64,000 bases of DNA from an uncultured Phycisphaerales bacterium (GCA_963758525.1 CAVWVQ010000004.1:1-64000); one strand, 5' to 3'; shown: positions 53,998-63,955, counted from the stretch's first letter. The notes: generated by a model from the sequence alone, not told the origin. Numbers and translations: made by a program.

Positions 53998-55212
53998 TTA
54001 ATGGGTGACGCTATCGGCGCCTGCGGCCGGAGAAGTAGAAGGTTCCGGCGAACGAGCCAACGGAGCAGTCGCGACACCCACAACACTGTCGGCGCAGCCG
54101 AAGTAGAGGAACCACTGGCTGTGGTAGAGCGCCAAGCCTTCGATGAACGTGGTTCCCGCTCTAAACAGGCCTGTTTTCTCCCATGGGTACTCTGGCTGGA
54201 TGAACGGTTTGTCCAGACGGGTGATGAGATGTTTCGGATCCTTCGAATCGAACAGCGCTTGGCCGCCGCAGTACCGGTTTTTGGCGATTGAAGGATCGCC
54301 CCCGTTAGGGCCGGCGTTCGTTCCATTGTAGAAAACGACGATTCCATCTTTGGTCAGCACCGACTGGCAACCGACCTCCGTGAGCTTGCTGTCGAAGAAC
54401 CCGCTGCGCGGAGCCATGATGGTCAGCATCTTGCCATCGGGGGTTTCAAGCGGTTTCCAGTGCGTCAGATCATCGGACGTCGCCAGATGCACCGCGTTTT
54501 CGCCGAAGTACATCCAGAAGGTTCCGTTGATTTTCGCGGCAACGAGATGGCCATCTTTGATCTCATGGACGACGGCCGCGGATTTGACGTGGGCGCTCTC
54601 CCACTTGGTGCCGGCGAACGCGCCGCCAAGTTTCTTCCAGTGCTTGAGATCCGTGGAGGACGCGATGCCGATTCTGAACCCCTTGCTGTACTCGGAGTAG
54701 GTGAGGCGATAGGAACCATCGGGTGCTGTTGCCAGGCGCGGATCTTCGCACCCGCCTCTGCCTTCGGCTCCGGCCCACTCGAAGTCCTTCTGATCATCGT
54801 TCGTTGGGTAGTAAACGGGCGTGGGGTCGCACGTGAAGTGTAAGCCGTCATCACTCTGGGCATAGCCGATGCGGGAGACGGTATTACCCGGGCCTTGCTG
54901 CGCGCGGTACAGCACCACAATCTTGCCGTCATGAACCGCCGCGGCGGGATTGTAGACCCACGCCTTTTCCCAATGGACGGTCTCCTGGTTGATGGGGTTC
55001 ACGAACGTCGCGTCAGGGTTTGGCTTGATGACGGGCTCGGGAGTCGCCTGTCGATTGAAAGGGCCGATCGCCCAGGATGGAAGCGACGCGGCGGCGGAAT
55101 CCTTCGACGGGCCGGTCGAAGGAGTCGGCGCACCCTGCGCGTTGAGAGATGTCGCAAGCAGCATGGCGATCAGCATCGCTGGAGCTACCGGCGTGCGCCT
55201 TTTTACGATCAC
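53998..55212 (-). CDS. GH130 glycosidase/phosphorylase, secreted
   Basis: YNPAA, LYRAQ, GCEDPR, TTFIEGL, YFGCADS; start chosen downstream of the REP element. Confidence 0.85.
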   Translation of the reverse strand: MIVKRRTPVAPAMLIAMLLATSLNAQGAPTPSTGPSKDSAAASLPSWAIGPFNRQATPEPVIKPNPDATFVNPINQETVHWEKAWVYNPAAAVHDGKIVVLYRAQQGPGNTVSRIGYAQSDDGLHFTCDPTPVYYPTNDDQKDFEWAGAEGRGGCEDPRLATAPDGSYRLTYSEYSKGFRIGIASSTDLKHWKKLGGAFAGTKWESAHVKSAAVVHEIKDGHLVAAKINGTFWMYFGENAVHLATSDDLTHWKPLETPDGKMLTIMAPRSGFFDSKLTEVGCQSVLTKDGIVVFYNGTNAGPNGGDPSIAKNRYCGGQALFDSKDPKHLITRLDKPFIQPEYPWEKTGLFRAGTTFIEGLALYHSQWFLYFGCADSVVGVATAPLARSPEPSTSPAAGADSVTH

Positions 55213-55239
55213 CCGGAAGACCGCAGCGATTTGGCCTTT

Positions 55240-55370
55240 TCCCCCTCCCCTGGTACTCCGGACTTCGGTGAGCTCAGTCGAACCGGCGAGGGTTGGGGTG
55301 GGGGTTCGTCGACTGCCGTGGGACCTGCAAAACATCGCGTTCTCCGTTCCGCCCCCCACCTCAATCCTCG
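55240..55370. repeat. Composite REP-like element related to 2990-3045
   Basis: cccctcccctggtactcc..gagggttggggtgggg with internal ttcggtgagctcagtcgaa hairpin; ctccgttccgc.ccccacctc.atcctc shared with 3011-3038. Confidence 0.7.
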
Positions 55371-55381
55371 TAGCCAACACA

Positions 55382-57588
55382 TCAATGCTCCAGCGCGAGC
55401 CCCTGTTCCGATGCGCCGATCGTCAATAGCCCGCCGTTAAAGCGAACGGCCGAGAGGGTGCCTTTGAACGGACGCGGCGTTTGGGGGTCGACGAGAATCG
55501 TCTTGCCATCGGGCGAAGGATCGAGGCCGAAGAATGGGTTGATCACCACGTCCGCAAACGCCGCGCCGCTGATGCACTCTTTCATATTGCTCCCCCGCAG
55601 TGCGATGCGCACGGGGGCATCGTTCGACGTCGGGTTGGGTCCAATGAACTCGTGGGCCTGGGCAAATGGGCCCTCTTTGGTGACCTCGGCGGTGCGACAG
55701 TAGAAAGCGTAGGCGTCCTGAGTGCCGCCAAGTCGCCACATGGCTGCAGCGGTCAGTGGAATCCAGCCATCATAAGAGCCGGTGTAGGCGTGATCGGGAC
55801 GGGTGGCCTTCGGATAATTGGGATCCTTCAGGCTCATCGCCCGCATCCAGTCTTTGGTAAACAATTCGCGCTTGGCGAAGTCGATCGTTTTGGTCCTCTG
55901 CTCCGGCGACAGATCGTTGTAAAGCGCATCATCGGCGTAAATAAAATCCACGCAATGCTGCACCGGTACTGTCGCCCCATCCACTCTTCGCAGGTTCCAC
56001 GCACCTGTCTCCTTGTTATAGAGCGACAGCACCGCAGGCAGGAACGCGTCTGCTTTCTTGCGGAGATCGGCGGCGGCGGCCTCATTGCCCTTGAGCGAGT
56101 CCCAGTCGGCCGCTCGACGCATCATCCAGACGTTTTGCGCGTTGAACGCAGCGACGCATTCAACGTAGAGCGGGCCGGTTTCGAGCAGTTTTCCATTGTT
56201 GCCATAGTTTACTAAACCGTCTGGTCCCTTCGGCAGTGTCTCCCAGTCGGTGGCCAGTGCATTCATACTTTCGAAAACTGTTTTTCCATTCTCGAGCTTC
56301 TCATCGAGGAACGCGCGATCGCCGGTTACGCGCAGGTAGGTGTCGACGGTGGCGAATGTCGTGCAGGCATTGGCGGCATAGCCGGTGATGGCATCGTAAT
56401 GTTTTGCATCAAATCCACTCGCGTCCCGCAAATTGATATGAACGCTGCCACGCGGATTCTGCGCCAACCAGCGGCGGAGAATTGCCTTCATGTCTTTCGG
56501 CTCTAGCAGCGCCAGGCGCTCGCCGCCATCGAAGCATCCCAGAAATACTGAATCCCTTCTGATCGTTCGCCGCTGGTGATGAAGGCGCGCTGGATGGGGA
56601 ACTGCGTGCGCTCCAGATCAAGCATCGTCAGCGCGCCCATGTAGTAATTTCGCCGCAGCGAAGCATCGTCCGAATTCAAAACCGGCAGGTTCCCGGAGAA
56701 ATGAGCGTTTCCCGGCGTAAACGCGTCGGCCCAGCGCTGCTTCCAGACGCCTTCGAAAGCGTCCATCTCCGCCGCGAAATTGCCCGCCCAGCCGGTGACG
56801 TTCTTTCGTGTGGCAGCGGTCTGGTCGTGACTTCCATCTCCGGCCACATAACCTAGCTCGATCGCTGCGCCCGCAGGCAATGTCAGTTTCCACTGCCATA
56901 CCACATCGTCACCTTCAACGCTCACCCGATCCGGTTTGCGCAAAGGCGCGACGGCGGAGGTGTTTCGCGGATTCTGCGTAGCGTTCAGGACGTTGACGCC
57001 GTCTGCATCCAGCTTGCCGGGAACACGGAGCACCAATTGGAATTCTTTGGTCCCCCTGGTGCTGTTGGTCACCGTGATTTGACAGAGCACGCCGCGTTGC
57101 TCGTTCACCATGCGCGTATCGGTCAGGACAGACAAGCCAGCGCAGTCCCGGTTGCGTCGCAGGGCTCGATATGCGTACCAGCGGAAATCCGTAGCCGGAT
57201 ATTCCACCCCATCGAGTGTCATTTTCACCAATGGGTATCCGATCTTCCATTGCGTGAGCGGATCCTTCGTGTGAGTAAAGAGCGCGCCAAAGTAGCAGTA
57301 GTAAGACGTGAGATCGCGTGCCACGATGACCATGTCGCGGAAATTGTTGACGTCGGGAAGGTTGGTCACGATCGAAGCCGGCATCCAGTCGCCGGACATC
57401 TCGTCCAGCGACGGGACGTGCTGCGGAGGCTGTACGAAATCCGCAGCGACACTGGGCTTCGAACTTGACGTGTTGGATGCGCTTCGTGCAGGCAATGCCA
57501 TGGCTGTAACGATAAGCAGCGAGGGGAGGCAGGAGATCGCCCGGACTTTAGAGTTGTGGGTCTCAAAACCGCCGGTCGTTGGTTTCAT
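55382..57588 (-). CDS. Secreted (alpha/alpha)6 glycoside hydrolase (GH63/MGH1-like); frameshift near 56512
   Basis: YFWD motif, RPDH, GSYDGW, EGPFAQAHE. Confidence 0.6.
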
Positions 57589-57667
57589 TGGGACGTATCC
57601 TTCCATTGCTGTTTCCGGGCCGACGTGGTGACAATTGCAGCGGACTTCAATGCATTCTGCTCGCATG

Positions 57668-60049
57668 CTATCGCACGCCCCACTGCTTGTTGGGTGTGGA
57701 TCCCAGCACTAGCTCCAATGTTCCGCCTGCCGTAATTTCCGCATAGCTGAGCCAGCACCGATTGAACGGTTTGCCATTCAGGCGGGCGGACTGGATGCAG
57801 ATGTTGTCCGGCGAATTGTTCTTCGCCGTGATGGTGAACGATCCGCCCTTGGCATATTTCGGATCGAATTTGTAGGTCACCTTGTCGAAGAGCGGCGTGA
57901 CGATTTCGAAGCGGGGATCGCCAGGACAACTTTGCACAAGGCCGCTGGCCGCCGTGACGTACCAGGCGGAGAGCTGGCCGACGTCGTCATCGCCCGGCAC
58001 GCCGTCGGGGCCGACTTTGTAGGCGTTCTCCTCGTTCAGCAGCCATTTCTCGGTCAACCACGGAGCGCCGGCCCGGTTGAACAGGAAGACAATGAGCTCG
58101 GTCGGTTCGTTACCGGGGTTGTTGAAGGTACCCGCCCAGTACTTGGGAGCATTGGGATTCGGTGTCCGCTGGTCGGGGTTGTAAGTCGTGAAATCAGGCG
58201 ACCGTTTGTAGAAGTCGTCGAGCTTGGCGATGAAGAGATCCTTGCCCCCGTGCAGTTGGACCAGGTCGGGTACATCGTAGTACACACCGAACTCGGCCTG
58301 TTCGACCGTCGATTCGCGCGCACCCTTGGGCGAGGTCAGGCCCTCCCAGGGCACGAAGTTCCCGTTGCCGTCCTTCACGCGAAACGAGCCCTTCCACTCC
58401 GGGTTGGCATCGGTGCCGGCAGCGTCGTAGGTCCATGCCTGATTGGGATCGAAAATGTGTTTGTAAGACTGGGAGAGGGCCAGGTATTTCGCGGCGTCGT
58501 CCTTCTTGCCCAGCGCGGCGGCGAACTGGCTGACGTTCCATTCGTCGAGGCCGTACTCCGTCGTGTCGGAAATGGATCCACGGCAAAAGCCAAGCTTGGA
58601 GTTGCCGCTCTTGAGCGTGGTGTTGACCGCGTATTGGTAGGCCTTCTCGCTGTCGAAGCCTCGAATGCCTTTCTGCCAGGCGTCGTTGATGATGACGACT
58701 TCCGGATTGCCAGTCATGCAGCCGGTATAACAGCCCATGATTTCCCAGCGATCGTAGTAATGGGTGCCATTGAAGTCGGCCAGGTTGACCATGCTGTTGA
58801 TCTGATCATTGACCACCGACGGGTCCACCAGGCTCAGCAAGGGATAGACGCTCCGGAAGTTGTCCCAGCCGCTGAAGAGCGTGCGGTTGACGAACGTGCT
58901 TGAGTGATGAACTTTGTGATCACCGCCGGGATAGTTTCCGTTCACGTCGGCGAAGGTCATTGGAAAGAGCATGGCGCGATACAGCGCGCTGTAGAAGATG
59001 GTCTTGTGGTCCTCGGTGCCGCCTTCGACTGACAGATGATCCAGCGCACTGCTCCAGGCCTTGCGCGCCTCCTGATGAACGCGATCAAAATCCCAATCGG
59101 CAATCTCAGCCTTGAGATTCGCCCGCGCGCCCTCGATGCTGGCAAAGGATATCCCCGCCTTGACCTGCACCACTTCGCCTTCCTTCGTTGCAAACTCGCT
59201 GTAGAAGCCCAGATGCTGGCCCTCTTTCTCCCTGCAGCCCGGCAGGACCGCGGCCTTGCGGCACGCTTCAATGAAGGCGGGATCGCTGATCGTTTTAGTC
59301 TTGGCGTGGTAGTGCACGGAAGAATCGCTCCACACCGGCGGGAGCGCCGCGTCCCAGACGCCGACTTTTGCAAAAGGCTTGCTGAACTCGAGATGGTAGT
59401 AGAGCGTGTAGCTGGTCGCGCCAAACCGCCAGCCGCCCCCCTCGGCCGGGCAATTGATCTGGCCTTCAATGCTGTGATCATCCGTCACCTTCACGGTTTG
59501 ATGAAGGGAGGTGCCATCGTTGCGGTGAGACAGATCGATCTGGATGCGCGATTGGCTGTTTTCGGGAAACGTGAAGCGCAGCATTCCGCTGTGAGCGGCG
59601 GCCGTGCACTCGACGTGAATATGATAATCGTCGAGCGTCACCGCGTAGTACCCCGCGGAGGCTGTTTCCGACTTCTTTGAGAATGAGGATAGGTAGCCGG
59701 TTCCCGACTTGCCTTTCTGCCCCCAGTAGGTGTGGAGCGGGCCGATCGTGGCCATCGTCAACAGGTTGGCCAATTCGCCCCCATCCGCGCCGCCGATGTG
59801 CGTGAAGCTGAAGCCGCTGACGGTTTTGTCTGAGTAGTAATAGCTGACGACTCCAGCGGTGACCGTGTCCGGGCTGACCTTGGCCATGCCGAAAGGAGTC
59901 GATGCGCCGGGGAAATCCTTTCCCTGACTCCCGGTGCCGATGAAAGGATCGATGTAATCCACCGCGTCCTTCGCGCGAAGCGTGCCGGACAGGAGGGCCA
60001 GCATCGCCATCAACACGAGTAGGAAAAAAGTGGTGTTGCTACCGCGCAT
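57668..60049 (-). CDS. GH92 alpha-1,2-mannosidase family
   Basis: YIDPFIGT, FPGASTPFG, FSGWDNFR, GNEP, GDDDVGQLSAW. Confidence 0.9.
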   Translation of the reverse strand: MRGSNTTFFLLVLMAMLALLSGTLRAKDAVDYIDPFIGTGSQGKDFPGASTPFGMAKVSPDTVTAGVVSYYYSDKTVSGFSFTHIGGADGGELANLLTMATIGPLHTYWGQKGKSGTGYLSSFSKKSETASAGYYAVTLDDYHIHVECTAAAHSGMLRFTFPENSQSRIQIDLSHRNDGTSLHQTVKVTDDHSIEGQINCPAEGGGWRFGATSYTLYYHLEFSKPFAKVGVWDAALPPVWSDSSVHYHAKTKTISDPAFIEACRKAAVLPGCREKEGQHLGFYSEFATKEGEVVQVKAGISFASIEGARANLKAEIADWDFDRVHQEARKAWSSALDHLSVEGGTEDHKTIFYSALYRAMLFPMTFADVNGNYPGGDHKVHHSSTFVNRTLFSGWDNFRSVYPLLSLVDPSVVNDQINSMVNLADFNGTHYYDRWEIMGCYTGCMTGNPEVVIINDAWQKGIRGFDSEKAYQYAVNTTLKSGNSKLGFCRGSISDTTEYGLDEWNVSQFAAALGKKDDAAKYLALSQSYKHIFDPNQAWTYDAAGTDANPEWKGSFRVKDGNGNFVPWEGLTSPKGARESTVEQAEFGVYYDVPDLVQLHGGKDLFIAKLDDFYKRSPDFTTYNPDQRTPNPNAPKYWAGTFNNPGNEPTELIVFLFNRAGAPWLTEKWLLNEENAYKVGPDGVPGDDDVGQLSAWYVTAASGLVQSCPGDPRFEIVTPLFDKVTYKFDPKYAKGGSFTITAKNNSPDNICIQSARLNGKPFNRCWLSYAEITAGGTLELVLGSTPNKQWGVR

Positions 60050-60198
60050 CGGAGTCCGAGGGCCGAACGATGGCGGGAGTTGCGCCACCGTCAGAACAGA
60101 CGAATGTGGTATAGGCTGCACCGTTTGTCAAACGGGATGCGCAAGGTATCGAGGTTTGCAGGAGTTTGCAGCGGCTAACCACATATTTTTAGAGCCGC

Positions 60199-60262
60199 GT
60201 GACAAAAATGCATAAGTGAGTGACAAATACGCTCTTGCCAATGATCGCGAATGTGAGAAGAT
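60199..60262 (+). promoter_or_regulatory. Promoter with 21-bp-period direct-repeat operator (copy 1)
   Basis: GTGACAAA-N13-GTGACAAA-N7-TTGCCA-N16-GAAGAT. Confidence 0.7.
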
Positions 60263-60272
60263 CGCACATTGC

Positions 60273-61292
60273 ATGATCCATAAACGCGCAGCGCTTACGA
60301 TGATCGAATTGCTGGTTGTGATCGGGATCATTGCAATAATGGTCGCGGTTCTGTTGCCAGCGCTCGGCGCCGCGCGGGCACGCGCCCGAGTCGTCAATTG
60401 CGCTTCGAACATCCGGCAGATTTTGATGGGGACGTTAGCATATGCCAATGAGAACCATGGCTATCTGCCGCCGAGGGCGGGCGCGGGCAGTGCGGCTATC
60501 AGCGGGGCAGGCTACGAATTCGCAGAGGTGGTTTATACGGTCAGCGGCAAAACGTATCCTTCGAATGTCGGATCGCTGATCGCCGGAGGGTATCTCGGCC
60601 CGTCTTATGATGCCGCCTTCCTGGGCGCAACCAATCCGGTGACTGGACTGCCCAATTACTGCGACACGGCCATCTGCCCCGTTCGATATGACCCGGCCAT
60701 AGACCCCTCCGTTCTTGCCATCACTATGGGCGGCGGCACTCACCCTGGAACCGCACTCGCCTTTTGCTACAGTTCTAGCTATCTCTACAATCCGCATTGG
60801 GCCATCACGAGCTCGTCTCTCTACCCGGGCGGCGGCGTGAGTTGGTATCGCCGCGTCTCTGATTTCAACCCCTACAAGGCCCTGGTGACCGATCTGAGCA
60901 TCGGCGCGCTTGGGGGTACCTCGGCAAACGCATGGCTCGGCGCGGTACCCCACCCCGGCCGCAGCACGTGGACGTATAACCTCGGGTTCATTGATGGCCA
61001 TGTGACATCCGTGGCGGACACCATTCTCTCGACCTGTTCTCCGACGACCGGAGATGGCGTGGCCCTTGGATATGCCGTGCGAATGCCGCTCCAACTGGAA
61101 ACCATCGATTCTGACTTGGACGTGTTGGAAACCGAAGCTGACGGTCGCAACCCGGTCTTGATCACCGCCGATCCCGGAAAGGTGCCGTTGGATCGGACGT
61201 TCGGATACAACTCTTCCTCCCCATTCGAGTACCGCATCCAGGGACCGTCCGCTGCCCCTGGCTTGTATCATCCGCAGGTGAACTGGCCTTGA
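60273..61292 (+). CDS. Prepilin-type / DUF1559-like protein (no. 4)
   Basis: [55 protein letters not shown]. Confidence 0.9.
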   Translation: MIHKRAALTMIELLVVIGIIAIMVAVLLPALGAARARARVVNCASNIRQILMGTLAYANENHGYLPPRAGAGSAAISGAGYEFAEVVYTVSGKTYPSNVGSLIAGGYLGPSYDAAFLGATNPVTGLPNYCDTAICPVRYDPAIDPSVLAITMGGGTHPGTALAFCYSSSYLYNPHWAITSSSLYPGGGVSWYRRVSDFNPYKALVTDLSIGALGGTSANAWLGAVPHPGRSTWTYNLGFIDGHVTSVADTILSTCSPTTGDGVALGYAVRMPLQLETIDSDLDVLETEADGRNPVLITADPGKVPLDRTFGYNSSSPFEYRIQGPSAAPGLYHPQVNWP

Positions 61293-61399
61293 CGTGATTC
61301 GCTCGCCCCTATCACCCGCCGCTCGGGGTGAAAGTCCGCCGTCGGGACAAACGATGATGGTGATCTTCGGGGGCGGCGGGGTTCTGTACGCCTACGAGC

Positions 61400-61462
61400 G
61401 CGACAGAATACATAACGGAATGACAAATACGCTCTTGCCAATGATCGCGAATGTGAGAATAT
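61400..61462 (+). promoter_or_regulatory. Duplicated promoter/operator (copy 2)
   Basis: 61421-61459 is identical to 60221-60259; GCGACAGA-N12-ATGACAAA-N7-TTGCCA-N16-GAATAT. Confidence 0.75.
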
Positions 61463-61475
61463 ACCTAAGACTGAT

Positions 61476-63830
61476 ATGACATCCATCGGTCGATCCTCCT
61501 TTTGCTGCCTCTGCTTGATCCTTTGTGCCGGATCCGTCTCACGCGGGACGATCACTGACGGCGTGGACTACGGTCTGTTCATCTCATATCGCGTGGCCAT
61601 ACCAACGTCCAAGTCCACGACCGCCAAGCCGGTGGAATCCGCTCCCGGCGGGAAGAAGAAGAAGAGTAAGAAGGAGAAAGAGCCCAGGTCCGTTGTCTAC
61701 AAGGGCATCACGGTTTCGCTGGATCAAAACACATCCGTTTGTTTCGACGCGGATCTCATGCGCTATGCGGCGGGTTGGACTGGCGGCTTCCTCGACATGG
61801 TCGACACCAACGCCGGCTCCAAGGCGGGCCATGATGATGCCGAGCCGGTAGGGGAAATCCGCTGGACGACCGATGTGGCGCCCGGCGCCATCGTCGGCTC
61901 GGGAGGTTTTATCGATCCCCGGCCCGATAAGCAGGGGCCGTTGCCACGCGCCACGGCCCACTATCGGGGGCTGTATAAAAACGGAAAGCACGTCGTCTTC
62001 TCCTACACCGTCGGCGATGTGGGCGTTTACGATCTGCCCGGCGTGATCGCTTCCGGCTCCGATGTTCTGTTCACACGCACCGTTCAGATAGATAAGTCAA
62101 CCGAGCCGGTGAGCTTCCTGTTGGCGGACCTCGCAGGCGCAACGCCCAAATCGATGCCCTCCGGCGCCGCCCGCATCACCGCGATTTCCGCTGGGCAAAA
62201 CGCGGTGGCGGCCGTCCTGCTCGATGGCGCGGCCACGGGAGCCAAGCTTGCCGCGACGGGCGGAGAACTCGTCCTCTCCGTTCCCGCCCACACTTCCGCG
62301 ACGACCGTTCGAGTGGGCATCTGGAGCGGCGCGGCTTCCAAGCTTGGCGAGATTCCTGCACTGGTCTCAAACCCCCCGGCGGCGGACAATATCGCGTCGC
62401 TGATTGCCGGTGGACCGCCGCAGTGGGGCGCTCCCATCGCAACTTCCGGCACGCTCGGCGCAGACAAGGCCGCGTACGTCGTTGACACCATCGGACTTCC
62501 CGAATCCAACCCATGGGGGTGCCGAATCAAGACTGGCGGCTTGGATTTCTTCAAGGATGGACGGGTGGCGGTGTGCACCTACAGCGGCGACGTCTGGATC
62601 GTCTCGGGGATGAATGACACGCTGGGCCGCGTGACATGGAAGCGCTTCGCCGCGGGTTTGTATGAAACGCTGGGCCTCAAAGTCGTCGATGACCAGATTT
62701 ATGTGCTGGGCCGCGATCAGATCACGCTGCTGCACGATCAAAAAGGGAGCGGCGAGGCTGACTTCTATGAGAACTTCAATAACGACCAGATCGCCGCGGA
62801 ATCGTATCACGCTTTTGCTTTCGATCTACAGACAGACAGCCACGGCGACTTCTTTTATTCCATTGACGGGAACCTGGTCGAGCCCTCGGTCAGACTGCAT
62901 GGCATCATCATGAAAGTCTCGAAAAGCGGCGACAAGAGCGAAGTCTACGCCCGCGGATTGCGAGCCCCCAACGGGACGGGAATGGGACCCAACGACGAAT
63001 TGGTTTGCAGTGACAATCAGGGACACTGGACGCCAGTAGACCGCATCAATTTCGTCCGCAAAGGAGGCTTTGAGGGGTATCGTGGCGATCCGCGCCTCTC
63101 CAAGGCCGGCGACGCCGAGCGGCTGGGGTTGCCCAGCCAATATGATCCGCCAATTTGCTGGATTCCCTACAGCCTGGACAACTCCGCCGGCGGCGAAGTG
63201 TGGGCAACCAGCACCAGGTGGGGTCCGCTCGATGGAAAGTTGCTCCAGACATCGTATGGGAAGAGCATTCTCATGGAGGTCCTGTGGGAGATGACCGATG
63301 GCGTGCCGCAGGGTGGCGTGGTTCGCCTGCCCCTGAAATTCGAGTCAGGCATCATGCGCGCCCGATTCAACCCCACCGACGGGCAACTCTACGTGTGCGG
63401 CCTCAAGGGATGGCAGACCAATGCCCGCCATGAAGGTTGCCTCCAGCGCGTCCGGTACACTGGCAAACCGGTCAATCTGCCGATTGCCCTGCACATCAAG
63501 CATGACGGAATCGAGCTGACTTTCTCCGAGAAGCTCGATCCGACCACCGCCAACGACGGCGACTCGTACAACATCGAGCAGTGGAACTATCGCTACTCAG
63601 CCACCTACGGGTCGCCGGAGCTCAAAGTCTCCAATCCATCCGCCCAGGGGCACGATGTCGTTCCAATCAAGTCCGCCATGCTGCAGCCTGACGGCAAGAC
63701 CGTATTCCTGCGCGTCGACAATCTGCAACCGGTGATGCAGATGGCGATCCAGTGCAAACTCGACTCCGCCGACGGCTCGCCTGTGGAGTGCGAGATCGAC
63801 AACACGATCAATAAGGTGCCTGCCAAATGA
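61476..63830 (+). CDS. Second DUF6797-like beta-propeller protein, paralog of 39100..41586
   Basis: DYGLF, YKGITV, FDADLMR, GRDQITLLHD, GLRAPNG, DNQGHW, GLKGWQT, LQPVMQM. Confidence 0.8.
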   Translation: MTSIGRSSFCCLCLILCAGSVSRGTITDGVDYGLFISYRVAIPTSKSTTAKPVESAPGGKKKKSKKEKEPRSVVYKGITVSLDQNTSVCFDADLMRYAAGWTGGFLDMVDTNAGSKAGHDDAEPVGEIRWTTDVAPGAIVGSGGFIDPRPDKQGPLPRATAHYRGLYKNGKHVVFSYTVGDVGVYDLPGVIASGSDVLFTRTVQIDKSTEPVSFLLADLAGATPKSMPSGAARITAISAGQNAVAAVLLDGAATGAKLAATGGELVLSVPAHTSATTVRVGIWSGAASKLGEIPALVSNPPAADNIASLIAGGPPQWGAPIATSGTLGADKAAYVVDTIGLPESNPWGCRIKTGGLDFFKDGRVAVCTYSGDVWIVSGMNDTLGRVTWKRFAAGLYETLGLKVVDDQIYVLGRDQITLLHDQKGSGEADFYENFNNDQIAAESYHAFAFDLQTDSHGDFFYSIDGNLVEPSVRLHGIIMKVSKSGDKSEVYARGLRAPNGTGMGPNDELVCSDNQGHWTPVDRINFVRKGGFEGYRGDPRLSKAGDAERLGLPSQYDPPICWIPYSLDNSAGGEVWATSTRWGPLDGKLLQTSYGKSILMEVLWEMTDGVPQGGVVRLPLKFESGIMRARFNPTDGQLYVCGLKGWQTNARHEGCLQRVRYTGKPVNLPIALHIKHDGIELTFSEKLDPTTANDGDSYNIEQWNYRYSATYGSPELKVSNPSAQGHDVVPIKSAMLQPDGKTVFLRVDNLQPVMQMAIQCKLDSADGSPVECEIDNTINKVPAK

Positions 63831-63955
63831 TACGCCGCACATGCCGGCGCCCGTCGCTGGTCTTGATGCTGACTGCGGCACTGGCCTCAGACGTATGCGA
63901 TTTTTTCCCGGCTGCTCGCTCCGCAGATGCTGAAAAGCTCCTGAACGCAGCATAA
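63827..63955 (+). pseudogene. 42-codon signal-peptide-only stub
   Basis: ATG overlaps the upstream TGA; MIRRTCRRPSLVLMLTAALA...ARSA then a stop. Confidence 0.4.

Noticed and set aside
61315..61385. FMN or cobalamin riboswitch (cggggtgaaagtcc)
   Set aside because: Only a short seed matches; the other conserved elements are missing and the downstream gene is unrelated.
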